In this document: positions 49,531 through 63,360 of the stretch, piece after piece
Layout: each line of letters opens with the position of its first letter
How positions within the stretch are numbered: position 1 is the first letter of the stretch
From: Octopus bimaculoides
Lineage: Eukaryota
Direction of reading: 5' to 3'
NCBI RefSeq assembly: GCF_001194135.2
Contig: NC_068990.1
Coordinates: 37,809,807-37,873,806 of the forward strand
DNA: 64,000 nt
Program-made: the position numbers and the translations under genes
Notes under the pieces: model-generated
Database searches by the model: none
What the model was told of the DNA's origin: nothing
Seen by the model: only the letters and a program-made list of their open reading frames with translations

Positions 49531-52320
49531 TACACTAATGAATAGGAGACTAGGCGTGAGTATATACACATTGATACACATGAATACAAATCATACTAAT
49601 AACACAGTGTTGTGAAGAGTGCCTATACATACACATAGGCACATAAAATTATGACTCCGCACATCCATGCAATCGCATACCTCAATATATACTTATAAAC
49701 TCACATACATGCACATGCACAAATATGAGTCTAAAGTTACACACATGCATATACAGGTGAGGGATATTGGGTAGGGAAATCCCAGCGATTAATGAGAAAT
49801 AAAGAAAATACAAGACTATGAAAGATTATTTCCTATTAATTTCCATGTACGAGTTTAAGACAAGACAAATGCATACTAATTTATACAAATATGCTCCATA
49901 CTGTCATATAAATTCTGGAATACTTATACCAAATTTATATACCGGAAAATATATGCATGTACACATAAGGATACCTGTATATATAAATACGCACATGCAC
50001 ACATACATATACATGCATGTACTCACACACACACACATACACACACACAGTTCTTCTATTTCTATCTTAATGCAGTTGCTAATCAAGAAAAGTGCATCAT
50101 TCTATGTAGAACACCTAAGATATTCAGTAATTCTGATACAATAAAATATAAATGCCCTCCAATTCCATTTGCTGTGCTGATTTTTAAAAACTAGGTATTT
50201 GTGGTTATGGACAAGTATACACACAGCCCTAAATAACGTTGGTGTATATATTTTGTGGGTATGTTTAAGTTTATGGACACTTATGCAGTTCTAGTTTTCC
50301 GTTGGGTGTATGTTTAAGGTTTTATTTTTGTAGACAACTAGGTGAGTATATATTATCAGCATATGTATAATTGTGTATATACATGTGCCCAATATATCTT
50401 GTGCATGTCATTTCTTATCAATTAATACAAAATTGTCACATTCTTATGGATGTAAGAGTAAATTTGAGAAAAGGAAAGAGCGAATGAGTAAGGTGGGTAA
50501 AATACTGTCTGATTACTTGTATTTGTAGGGTTAACAAATTAATGAGCACTTCACCCCTTACAGCTATGGCTTAAGCCATAAATACATCATACTCTTCGCT
50601 CATTCTCCCCCTCGCTCTCTATCTCTCTTTCACTCACACAGTTACACTCCATTTGTAACAGACAGTGCAACAATTCTGATACTGTTACTGTTAAAACCAG
50701 TAGGTTACTCAAAAGCTGTTGATTAGGTAATGGTGTTGGTGTTTGTTGTGGTGGTTGTAGAGGCGATGGTAGTATTGCTGATGGTGGTGGTAGGGTGGTG
50801 GCGATGATGGGAAATATTGTAATGGATGACAGTGTTCCTATTGGTCTTGTTAAGCGTATTGTTGTTGCTGTGAGTCTTAAGTCAATCCTCATTGATCTAA
50901 GATCAAAGAGATTTAATTCAACTTTTAAAATACACTAGAGTACCCATTATTTCATGTCATTGTCTTTTATTTTAGATGAAATTGCTTATCTTATTGCAGT
51001 TGTTGTTATTCGTTAAGGAGTTGGTGGGATGGTAATGGCAATGATTGTATTAACACCAAATTATCATTTGGTCTTAATGATAATTAACAGTGGTGATGAA
51101 GCCTGATTTATTACATTGACACACACATACACACACAAATACATAGATAGGTAGAAAGATAGATAGACATTGTGACCCAGGAAGATATACAAAGACACAC
51201 ACACATGTATATAAATATATTTGTGTATATGTATGTGCCAAGATTACAGTTTTATTTCAAATTGTTGAATATACTTTTGATCTAAAACAACCAGAAGTAG
51301 TCTTTTAGATACAAAGAAAGTGTTGATTTTAAATGGTTAAAGTTATTTGAGCTTTAAAAAGGTAGAAATTATAGACCATATCTGAAAATACCATTTAGAT
51401 TTTATAATATACTTGATCATGAAAATCCATAACTTGGGTAGCCATAATGCAGGGGTTACCTGTATAAATATATAAACACACACACACATACATACATACA
51501 TAATACAAACACACACACATATACACACATACATGTTCAGACATATTACACACATGCACACAAGCACAAAGGGAGAGAGAGAGGGAGAAAAAAGAGGTTA
51601 AAAAAAAAACAAATGAGAAATGGTAGTTCTTAACTGTTCTTGCTGTAAAATTATTTATTATATATTTTCATTATGTTTTCTCATTTTTTAATCTTAATTA
51701 TCATTTTGAGCAGAAATTTGTTTTTCCCAGTTTTGTTTTATAGACAACTGATAAGATAGATTTTACTTTGAAAGAAAACAAGAAAAAAAAAAACAAGAAC
51801 AAGTGATATTTATAGACACTGAAACATGAACACACACATGCATGTACATGTACACACACATACACACACACACACTTATATACATACACATAATTGCATA
51901 TATGCATGCACTGACAGACATAGATATACTCTGTACAGAAATAATAAAAATTTATTGTAAAATAGTTGAAGTATGATTAGGATCAAACGTTAACAAGCAA
52001 AGATATAAAATAGTGTTATAATGTGATAAAGGCACCAAAGTTTTTCTTCTATAAATAAACCTTACCCACAACACAAAAATGGTCAAACAAAAACAATATT
52101 TATGTCTATGTGTTTATGTGTCTGTATATATAAATGTATACATATTTATGTTTCCCAATAATCTAATTGCACATATTCTAAATATAAAAGAAAACAATAA
52201 CAATCTTAAAAACAATAATATCAACAACAAAATTAAGCCAGAAGCAACAATTGCAGTGTATGTAAAAAAAAGAAAAGAAAGCACACATATATAAACAGAC
52301 ACACACACAAACATACACAC

Positions 52321-52360
<40 letters not shown>

Positions 52361-52757
52361 CTGTAAAAACATATTCACATATTTATCATCATTATTTAAA
52401 CTCCATCTTACATGCTGGAACGGATTGAATGGTTCAACAGGATTCAACACTCCAGAGGTCCTGTGTCTGCACCGGCATGGTTGAATGCTTTTTCAGAAAA
52501 CCAATATCTTTACAGAGTGTACTGGGTACTTTATTTTTTGTACCTTCGTGAATGAGGCTATCAAATAACTAGCAAGGCAAGACCCACTACTATGGAAATT
52601 TTAATGCGGTCAACTGATGCTTTTCCTCTAGTTTTGTTTTGGGTGCTCTATTGCAGTGCAATATGCAATGATCTGTGATGGCTTGTTTAAAATCATGATC
52701 AACCAGCAAGAATGTCTTGTTCTTGATAATCTTCTGCTTCTAATTGTCAATCTAGAA

Positions 52758-52830
52758 CAATGGTTCTCAGCTGGGGTCCATATGGCCCTTGGGACTCCAT
52801 ATTACATTTTGTTGTTAAAATTTCTGTATA
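52758..52830. mobile_element. hAT-type MITE fragment, clipped by a SINE
   Basis: caatggttctcagctggggtccatatggcccttggg (CAGTGGTTCTC-like terminus) directly abuts a family A head. Confidence 0.5.
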
Positions 52831-52985
52831 GGCGCGTGTGGTAAGTAGCTTGCTTACCAAACACATAGTTCTGGGTTCAGTCCCACTGCATGGCATCTTG
52901 GGCAAGTGTCTTCTACTATAGCATCAGGCCGACCAAAGCCTTGTGAGTGGATTTGGTAGACGGAAACTGAAAGAAGCCTGTCGTA

Positions 52986-53026
<41 letters not shown>

Positions 53027-53169
53027 TTGTGTGTCTATGTTTGTCCCTCCACCATCGCTTGACAACCGATGCTGGTGTGTTTACATCCCTGTAACTTAGC
53101 GGTTCAGCAACAAGAGACCGATAGAATAAATACTAGGCTTACAAAGAATAAGTCCTGGGGTCAATTTGC
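52831..53169 (+). mobile_element. SINE family A, cut by a gap
   Basis: High identity to the 33178 and 61163 copies. Confidence 0.9.
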
Positions 53170-53523
53170 NNNNNNNNNNNNNNNNNNNNNNNNNNNNNNN
53201 NNNNNNNNNNNNNNNNNNNNNNNNNNNNNNNNNNNNNNNNNNNNNNNNNNNNNNNNNNNNNNNNNNNNNNNNNNNNNNNNNNNNNNNNNNNNNNNNNNNN
53301 NNNNNNNNNNNNNNNNNNNNNNNNNNNNNNNNNNNNNNNNNNNNNNNNNNNNNNNNNNNNNNNNNNNNNNNNNNNNNNNNNNNNNNNNNNNNNNNNNNNN
53401 NNNNNNNNNNNNNNNNNNNNNNNNNNNNNNNNNNNNNNNNNNNNNNNNNNNNNNNNNNNNNNNNNNNNNNNNNNNNNNNNNNNNNNNNNNNNNNNNNNNN
53501 NNNNNNNNNNNNNTATATATAAC

Positions 53524-53688
53524 ACAACAGGCTTCTTTCAGTTTCTGTCTGCCAAATCCACTCACTAGGCTTTGGTCAGCCTGAGGCTATAGTAGAAGAC
53601 ACTTGCCCAAGGTGCCAAGCAGTGAGACTGAACCCGGAACCATGTGGTTGGTAAGCAAGCTAGTTACCACACAGACACGCCTGCACCT
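53524..53688 (-). mobile_element. SINE family A, 5' half, inverted relative to 52831
   Basis: caggcttctttcagtttctgtctgccaaatccactcac...gaacccggaaccatgtggttggtaagc. Confidence 0.9.
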
Positions 53689-54185
53689 ATACCAAGCCAA
53701 TATGGAATCTATCACACACAGTAGGCATCACAGACCCATGCAGTGCTGTCTTCAGACATGGGTATAACTGGCAGTTGCCAAAGAAGTTCTCAAATTCTAT
53801 GCTGATTTATGTATACCCTACTTGTGTATGTAGAAGTGAAGGCACTTTGCTTACGAGAGGGTTTATAATATTGTTTAAGCAACCTAGCATCTGAATCATC
53901 TTCAAGTTTCATCCTACCATTTTAAACAAAGAAGTGTATATACGACAATGTATTTTGGGGTATACAAAGAGTAAATCCAAGAAAGTAACAACTGAAATGT
54001 CTGTGATCACACATCTGTTTGATTGAGGCTTACATTTGGCTAAAAATCTAGCTATTGGGATGTCCCAATCAATTCTGTTGCCACATTAAACTTTAAAGAA
54101 ATTTACTAAAATAATATGCTTACATCCTCATCCCACTCAAATACACACACTCACATGTGTGTGTGTGTGTGTGTGTGTGTGTATA

Positions 54186-54506
54186 CAGGGTGTAACAGGT
54201 AAACTGGGACAAATTCCAAATGGGTACATAATTGTTTTGATTTTGGTGGAGTCTAAATTTTAAATATTACCAGCTTGAATAATCACTTGTACTATTTGGC
54301 ATTTCAGATATTTCAGATTGAACAAACTATGAAGAATTAAACCATAGAGGTGTGATTGCTGAATTATTCCAAGCTAGCAAAAATGCTGGGGAGATTGTTA
54401 GAGCCACAAAGTATACCAAATCTACTGTTTTTACAGTTGTAGCCAATTTGGAGAAAAGTCAGGATGTTCAGAGAAAGCTTCACGGTCCTCGTACTGATCG
54501 GAAATG
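54186..54506 (+). mobile_element. 5' fragment of a Tc1/mariner-superfamily (maT/DD37D-like) transposon
   Basis: TA|cagggtgtaacaggtaaactgggac terminus; HRGVIAELFQASKNAGEIVRATKYTKSTVFTVVANLEKSQDVQRKLHGPRTDRK is an HTH-type N-terminus. Confidence 0.7.
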
Positions 54507-56019
54507 TATATCTATGTATGTATGTATGTATGTATGTATGTATGTATATATATATATAGATATATACGTGTGTGTGCGTGTGTGTGTATAGAAACATATG
54601 TGTATATACACACACATATATATCAAGTGAAATATCTAAACTGCTTACTCTAAAATCAAATTAAATTTTATGTATCATACTCTCCTTCATAGTAAACTGT
54701 TAATGAGATCTTTTTCTAAGTTTGTGGCAATTTTTCTCAGTAAGCAATCACAACCCATCTCACATATATACATACACATACATGCATAAACCCACACACT
54801 CACAAACATGCACATACACAAACACACACACGAACACACACATGTACACGCATATACATGCAGAGAGAGAGAGAGAGAGAAACTAGTACACAAATACCAA
54901 ATATTTGAAATGTAGAAACTCTCAATATAGAATTTAATCAACTTCCAGAAAATAATATATGAAATGAGTCAGTAGAAGAAGAATTTTCTTTTTCTTATAT
55001 ATGCAATAATAATAATAAAAATAATAATAATTGTAAGAACAATAATATTGTAAAGGAGATGTGTGTTAACCATTAATCATTTTTCTTTTTTTATAAAATA
55101 TAAACAATGTAAATGGTATTGAAAATAAATATGATTTATAGTTTAAAGTCAGCACAAGGATATTTTTGTAGAATTTATTTATAAGATCTTAAATGTCGGT
55201 AGCCACAGTGACTCTTTATGAAGACTCTCTAGATTTTAAGCAGACAAGAAGTGGTCAGTCTTGGCAATAGTAGACTTGGTAAATGTAATAACAGAAGTAT
55301 ATTTTTTGGAGCCATGGAATGAAGAAAATATATATTTTTTTACAGAATTTCAAGCTGAGCCCATCAGAAGAGATAAACAATCTTTTCCTATTATACATTT
55401 TGTTCCTTTTTAAATATTATTTTTAATTTCATTCTGATTCCTAAATAAATAATCTAAAAGCTATTCTTGTTTTTTTTTTTTGTTTATTGCTTTTTTAACA
55501 TTTTTCTCGACTTAATTATATTCTTCCACTTCTTTCTCCTTTTCCTCCTGTTCATCATTGATATCAATGCCACCACCACCACCACTACCACTTCTGTCAC
55601 CACTTGCCACCACCACTGTCATTGTTATCCTTGCCATTGTCATCGTTATCATCATCAGCAGCAGCGTCGTCGTCACCAATGTTCTCATTGTTTTAACATT
55701 TATCTTTCTATACCATCAAATGTTAACAAGGTCTGTTTTATGTCATAACTTTGTATGTACCAATCTTTCATCATCCAATTTGTTTTAGACCCAGCATGTC
55801 TTGGTATCCCACATCACATCTACTACATCTTCTGTTTTCTTTCTAACGACAGATCGTATTTGTTATTTTTTAGAAGTCCTTTTGACCAACTTTCTTTCTT
55901 TCTTTCTTTCTTTCTTTATATATCTATCTACTTGTTTAAAAATTATTTTGATCAGAAAGACTCTTGTTAAACACATGTATAATTTTCTGAATGAACTGTT
56001 TCTTTTCAAACTCTATTCC

Positions 56020-57240
56020 TCACATCATGTCAGTGCCTGGCCACCAGAAGTTTTAGAGAGAACCAAACTCCAAAGACATAGATAGTACACTTGCTTTAGT
56101 GAGAAATGCTTGCATTAATGTGCCAAGAAATAAGTCTACTGACAAGTCTTGGTTAATTTCTGCTCCTAGTACCATCTCATATTTTCCCAGACTGATGCTC
56201 ATCACTTCAATTTCCAAGGTGTCAAACCTCTTATGGGTGATATCAACTGGGTATATAGTTACCGACCTTCTGTATCCATTCTTCTCCATGTTTTACAATA
56301 AAGATTCAATTTCTGCTATTATTACCAATACATATATATTCCAGATAGATGCAAATCATCTCAGTTTCTAAAATATCAGACTTCATAATGGTAATGTCGC
56401 CAATGGATGCAAACACCAGCTTTATGTGTTGGAAATTTTCAAAATTCAACAGTGTAGACACAGGTGTTAATGGTACAAAAAGGGTGAGAGAGGACACCAG
56501 GACACTCCCGACAGACCGGGTGCTAGTTTGTCATTACCTTGATCACTGAACATATTCTGATTCTTTATGCCTCTGGTCTCCCCTCCCAAGACAAGTTCTA
56601 AATGGATTTTGCCTGTGACAGCTATCAGCTACTAAGAGTCATCACTGATAAAATTTGTAAGTGATCTAAGTTATCAGAAGCTCAACTAAAAGCATTACAT
56701 AATCCTGTCTAATGTGAATATCCTGAAGCAAACTCTGTCCTTGACAAACCTTCATGAAATTGAAAAAATCTTAGTGGTTCCAACAACATTACCAAAGCTA
56801 AAAACCAATCACTTAGTTTCAACATTAGCCAAAATGTTTATCTCAGAATTTAACAAAGGTGTGGGTCTAAAACTGTTCACTATGATTTCCTGCTTCCTAC
56901 TTGTGTATTTCCTTTCTTGGTAGAGCAATCACACACCAGTTCAGATAAATATAAATATTCTTAACCTGCTAGCAGTTAGCTAAAATAAAGGCAAATTGCT
57001 ATGTTCACATAGTGTTTATTGGTTAGATTATATATTTCTGGAGTTTTGATCCTTTCTATGGTTACTTAGTACTTCCTTAATTTTATGGTGGTGTAAACCT
57101 GCTTAACTTCTTCTGTATCATAACAGCCAATTGAAATCAACTTTAAAAGCTCACCAACTGCAGTTCATTCTCTCACAACATAGTTTAGCAATGTGCGTGC
57201 ACATCTACTTGGGTTCAGACACCAGGCATCCATTCTGCTT
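56020..57240 (-). pseudogene. Decayed Tx1/L1-clade LINE ORF2 (RT region)
   Basis: Motifs in order: GCLVSEPK*MC..IAKL (~57235), NSFRPTPLLNSEINILANV (~56880-56825), GVSWCPLSPFLY (~56505-56470), SVTIYPVDIT (YADD equivalent), and YEMVLGAEINQDLS..LFLG (cf. YE..TGAKIN..KS..L.LG). Confidence 0.8.
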
Positions 57241-57244
57241 TGGC

Positions 57245-57890
57245 CAATCTGCATGATTGACATTCGTGCCAGTGGAACATTAAAAGCACATCCGAACGTG
57301 GTGTGTAACCAGCCCACATATGAGTGCCCCTCGTTCATTGGACAATGACCTTTGCTTGCGAAGACCTATTGAGGCAGTGTAAACAAATCAAAATCACTGA
57401 CGTGGCCAATGGCAGTGCCGCTTGATTGGCACTCATGCCAGAGGAACGTCAAAAGCATATCTGAGCTTGATCGTTGCCAGGGCCATGGATTGGCACTCAT
57501 GTCAGTGACACATGAAAAGCACCTTTCGAGTATGATCGTTGCCAGCGTTGCCTTACCAGCATATGTGCTGGTAGCACGTGAAAAACAACATTCAAGCGTG
57601 GTCGTTGCCAGTGCTGCTGGACTGGCTCCCGTGCAGGTAGAACGTTAAAACACCTTTTGAGCATGGTCGTTGCTGGAACCACCTGATTGGCCCTCATGCC
57701 GATGGCATGTAAAAAGCACCCACTACACTCTTGGAGTGGTTAGTGTTAGGAAGGGCATCCAGTTGTAGAAACTTTGCCAGATCAGATTGAGCCTGGTGCA
57801 ACCTCTGGCTCACCAGTCCTCAGTCGAACCATCCAACCCATGCCAGCATGGAAAGCAGACGTTAAACGATGATGATGATGATGATGATGT
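57245..57890 (+). mobile_element. RTE-type 3' UTR/tail element with internal ~45-50 bp tandem repeats and (GAT)n tail
   Basis: Repeated gccagtg...gtaaaaagcac units, aagcacccactacactcttggagtggttagtgttaggaagggcatccag, and (GAT)n at 57868-57888. Confidence 0.8.
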
Positions 57891-58756
57891 TTCTGCTGCT
57901 GCCAATTGAGGAAGAAAAAAGCCTAACTAATACGTCTAATCATTCCATCTCAGAAAATCAACCTACTGGAGTGATCACTATGCTCGTGTCTATTTACTGG
58001 TGTTGACTGACAATAGTTTGAATGGAACATTAATGCATGAAGCTCTCTGGTTTTGGAGTGCTCACAAAAGTCAAGGGCAATGCACCTTTCTTCAGATGCT
58101 ACAAATAAAAAAGTAGCATCTTGGTCACAGACAATGACCCTTGTACATATGTAAAAAAAGAATACAAACCCTAGATATTTGGGTGCCAAGTAACTTAAGA
58201 AAACAAATCAAGATTTTAAAAGATTTAAAAAACATACATGTATCAGGCTATAAAAGTAGTTAACACATTTTCCCCTCTCCAGAGGGAGTCCAAGAGAGTC
58301 TCTCTAGAGAGAGTTCAAATTACTCCTGCTGTTTGCCTGTACTTCGTCCATCAATCAAAGGACGAATTATCTGAAATATGATTTTTGTTTTTCTTCTCAG
58401 CATAAAACATGTTTCAGCTTATTTGGTCCTTAAAATACCTAAGAACTACCATGATGTTACAAAGCAAAATGCTTGATTCCATAAATACTGGATTTTTTAT
58501 ATTTTAGAAAGGGAAAGACTTTTGCTGTAAACAATGTCCAAATAAATAGCCCCCATTTCAAAATCTGTTAATGTATTTTAGGAGACAGCATAATTACTGA
58601 TAGTTTATTTCTTCATAAGAGAAATAAAATCAATAATTTATTTTATTTCATTTTGTCCTCAAAATTAAAAAAGATTGAAGAAGAAAGATATATAGCTTTT
58701 ATTTGTATGAAAACAACTTTTTCATGATTTATTGAAATAATTACTTATACATATAT

Positions 58757-58801
<45 letters not shown>

Positions 58802-58874
58802 TACATACTTGCATAAATACACATGCATACATATTTTATATATATATTTTGTCATATATAGTTTATATTTCTAC

Positions 58875-58998
<124 letters not shown>

Positions 58999-59266
58999 CA
59001 GGCACACTCACACACAAGAGAAAACATCATACTATTGTATACATAATTTAAAAACACCCATCAACTGACACCTGTCTGATGTCATTAAAATTTTCATGTT
59101 ACAAAAATTTCTTTTTAATGTGTTTTATTTTAAACCATTTATATAGAAGAAAAATTGAAATTGTTACATTTATACATTTATACACACACATACACACATA
59201 CATGTACACACACTTGCATCTTACATTGACATACATCTACATATGTATGTATAAAGTATGTGTATG

Positions 59267-59318
<52 letters not shown>

Positions 59319-59673
59319 TAAAATACATAAAAAATAAAATATATTTTATATATATGTATATACATACACACACAAAATATAAAAAAGAAACATGATTGTG
59401 TATTTAATACAAAGTATACCAAACCTAGACACCAATGGTCAACAACAACAAACACAGCACAAACAAATAATAAAAACAAAATAAAATAAAATACAAAGCA
59501 ACAACTACAAAACATTAGACACAGCAAATCATTTTAATCATTGTAAATATATTATTTTCAAATGTCTATAACTTCAATGATTGCAATACTATTTTTCTTC
59601 AGAATCTTCATTATAAATTTCTTTGTATTGTTAAATGGAAATATTTCCTGAGAGTAATTATTACTATTATTAC

Positions 59674-59704
<31 letters not shown>

Positions 59705-61162
59705 TTATTAATAATTGTTTTTATGCTTTATATTTTGTTTTCTATTTATTCACTTTATTGATTTTTACGTTTTCAATTATGTTTGATGGAATTACGAATA
59801 AGTCGTAATGGACTTCCTAATTTACTTTGTAAACCTTTTGTTACTCCTTCTTCTTTCTCTCCTCTTACTTCTTCTCCATCTTTTCTTTTCTTTTCCTCTA
59901 TATGTCTCTCTTTTGCTCTATCTTTTTATGTGTCTGTCTATGTGTGTCTATATGCCTCTCCCTTTTTATACATNNNNNNNNNNNNNNNNNNNNNNNNNNN
60001 NNNNNNNNNNNNNNNNNNNNNNNNNNNNNNNNNNNNNNNNNNNNNNNNNNNNNNNNNNNNNNNNNNNNNNNNNNNNNNNNNNNNNNNNNNNNNNNNNNNN
60101 NNNNNNNNNNNNNNNNNNNNNNNNNNNNNNNNNNNNNNNNNNNNNNNNNNNNNNNNNNNNNNNNNNNNNNNNNNNNNNNNNNNNNNNNNNNNNNNNNNNN
60201 NNNNNNNNNNNNNNNNNNNNNNNNNNNNNNNNNNNNNNNNNNNNNNNNNNNNNNNNNNNNNNNNNNNNNNNNNNNNNNNNNNNNNNNNNNNNNNNNNNNN
60301 NNNTATATATATATTAATATATATATATATATATACACACACACATATATATATGTGTGTGTATATATCTTTGCTTTGTTTCCCTTCTTCATTTCCCCTC
60401 TCTTTCTTTCTCTTTATAAATCGATCATTCTGTTCTTCTCTCTTTCTCTCTCTTGTTCTCTATCTCTTTCTTTGCCTTTCTATCTATCTCTCAATCTACT
60501 TTCTATATCCCCTTCTATCTATTTCTCTATCTTGCCTATTACATCTTTCTACCTATTATATTTAGCCTATCTTCAGCCACAACACCATTTACCTGTTTCC
60601 AGAAGCATTTAAGAAACTCTCTATGTGGTCATTTAACTGGCTAGAAATAACAAGCACAAATCCTTCAAATCATATCTGTCTTATACATGAGCGGACACAT
60701 TATACTGTGGTCCAACACATTCCTGAAAAAATGGAATCTTCATGTTTGGATAACCATTAATCATTAATCAGTTCAGTCAGGGCTGACTCAGAACTAAATA
60801 ACAACACATAGCAACAAAGGAGTGACTGAGTAATTTCTTAACCTGCAAGAAATGGCAACCAAATCTTCCTGAAATCTCACCCTACTCTCTTTAAAGTGAA
60901 AAAAAAAAAGAACAACTTGGACAATGTTGTTGAAGAGGCATTGTGTCTAAAATTAGAAATGAGGTAGTCATGACTGGATTGCCTATAATCAAATGTCTAA
61001 GGGATCAGGGTAGGCTTGGAGGCTTAAAAAACAACAGCAAAACTTACAACACCACAACCATAATTAACACTATTAGCAAGAGCCAAGAAAGGATTCTTTA
61101 CATGATTGCACACTACTGGTTAAAATAGTAATAAAATCTTGTTTAAATCATGTCATACTATA

Positions 61163-61560
61163 AGTGCAGGAGTGGCTGTGTGGTAAGTAGCTTGCTTACC
61201 AACCACATGGTTCCGGGTTCAGTCCCACTGCATGGCATCTTGGGCAAGTGTCTTCTACTATAGCCTCGGGCTGACCAAATACTTGTGAGTGGATTTGATA
61301 GACAGAAACTGAAGGAAGCCTGTTGTATATATGTATATATATGTGTGTGTGTGTGGGGGGTCTGTGTTTGTCCCCCCAACATCGCTTGACAACCGATGCT
61401 GGTGTGTTTACGTCCCCGTAACTTAGCGGTTTGGCAAAAAGGGACCGATAGAATAAGTACTAGGCTTACAAAGAATAAGTCCTGGGGTCGATTTGCTCGA
61501 CTAAAAGGCACTGCTCCAGCATGGCTGCAGACAAATGACTGAAACAAGCAAAAGAGTAAA
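61163..61560 (+). mobile_element. Full-length SINE family A
   Basis: Complete head, short internal TA/TG repeat, and tail gactgaaacaagcaaaagag. Confidence 0.92.
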
Positions 61561-61899
61561 AAAAATGAAGGACACTTTGGACAGCACAGTTATATATACA
61601 CAAACAATGGTTTAGTCACAGTTTCAATATCTTTGATTTTAGATTTATTCAGTCATGTTTTAACTTGAGCTAAACAGCAACTCCAGCAATGCGAAGAAAC
61701 ATAATAAAATGTGGTGCATTTTATAGCTCGCATCAACCTGCTAGAAAGTGTAGTTAAATCCCTCTGAAAATACACTTTATTGCATGACATTAGCTAAGAT
61801 GATCTATGTTTGAGTAACTAATGACACTATTCGTAAGTTCTTAACCATACGCCTAATTGATATGAGATTACCTGGGACTAAACAATAATAGCAATATCT

Positions 61900-62018
61900 A
61901 CCATCATCATCATCGTCACTGTCGTCGTCATCATCATCGTCGTTGTCATCATCATCATCACTATCATATTTGCCTTCATCATCATCATCATCTTCATCAG
62001 AATCACCATCATTGTCAA

Positions 62019-62068
<50 letters not shown>

Positions 62069-62200
62069 ACTTCACTACCACCTCACCATCACCACTCTGT
62101 CCTTACACTCCATCAGACTCCGCTAGCACTATCACCACCAACAACAGCAACAACATCACTGCCGCTGCTGTTGCTATGGCTACCACCACTACTCTCAAAA
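61900..62200. repeat. (CAT)n and degenerate trinucleotide block
   Basis: Direct reading; it is the source of the poly-S/poly-M ORFs. Confidence 0.9.
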
Positions 62201-62439
62201 CCTATACCACCATCTCTAAAGAAGCAATATTTTGGGATGAAATCAGGCTCTTCGTTCTGTCTTTTATCTGTAGCTTATACAGTTTCATTGATCTTTATAT
62301 GTCAAGAAACATACAGAAAAATCTTCTATACCATTTTGTGTGTGTCTGTAAGCAATATGTATGTGAGTGTGTAGAAGTGTATAAGCATGCATGTATGTTT
62401 GTGCAGATGTACATGTTTGTGTGTGGATGTATTTGTCTT

Positions 62440-62640
62440 AGTAGTTAGGATGTTACACTCATGATTGTAGGATTGTGGTTTCAATTCCTGGACTGGGTAA
62501 TGCATTGTGTTCTTGAATAAAACACTTCATGTTGCTCCAGTCCACTTAGCTGGCAAAATTGAGTAATGCTGTGATGGATCAGAGTCCCATACACAAAGTA
62601 TTATGAGTGTCACAGGATCTGAGAAACTAGCCTTATGAGC
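62440..62640 (+). mobile_element. SINE of the D/E head-core type, degenerate
   Basis: gtggtttcaattcctggactggg...ttgtgttcttgaataaaacacttcatgttgctccagtccacttagctggcaaaa. Confidence 0.6.
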
Positions 62641-62702
62641 CAATAATCGAGGAAGGAATTTTAGTTATTTTTTTTTTATGCATTTGTGTAAATGTGTGTA
62701 CC

Positions 62703-62894
62703 AGGTATGACTGTGCAGTAAGAAGCTTGCTTCCCAACCACATTGTTCTGGATTCAGTCCAACTGTATGACACCATGGGGAAGTGTTTTCTACTATAGCA
62801 TCAAGCTGACCAAAGCCTTGTGAGTAGATTTCATTGACAGAAGCTGAAAGAAGCCTATCTCTCTCTGACATACACACACATATGTATATGTGTG

Positions 62895-62946
<52 letters not shown>

Positions 62947-63360
62947 CTTGCCATGTTGGACCAGCACATGTTTTCCATTCTCTCTCTATATATTTCCTCT
63001 TATTCCTTTCTATTGAAGAGCATAGACTCAAAACATAAAAAAACTTTTCCATTTTTCCAGAGCGTCAAACTAATACACTTGCTTGTTGTTCCTACACCAG
63101 TCTTTGTTTTTCTATAAATTTGAACTGTATATATGTATATATCTGTGTGTCTTTGTATCTGTGTTTGTCCCCATCACTGTTTGACAACTAGTGTCGGTGT
63201 GTTTACATCCCCATAACTTAGCAGTTTGGCAAAGAAATCAATAGAATAAGTACCAGGCTTTAAAAAAGTACTGGGGTCGATGCATTTGACTAAAATTGTT
63301 CAAGGTGATCCCCTAGCATGGCTACAGTCTAATGACTGAAACAAGTAAAGGATAAAAGAT
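62703..63360 (+). mobile_element. SINE family A interrupted by a ~180 bp insert (~62950-63130) in its internal microsatellite
   Basis: 5' half at 62703-62860, (TG)n, foreign segment, then the 3' half tgtttgtccccatcactgtttgacaac...gactgaaacaagtaaagg. Confidence 0.75.

Noticed and set aside
50587-50892. Pro/Gln/Thr-rich minus ORF of 101 aa
   Set aside because: Derived from degenerate (ACC/AAC/CAT)n; two frames are open, which is typical of trinucleotide decay, and no domain is recognisable.
53790-53910. Minus exon candidate MKLEDDSDARLLKQYYKPS|gtaagc
   Set aside because: Loosely resembles an RTE C-terminus (RMxDxRLPKQ) and has a weak acceptor; neither reading is supportable.
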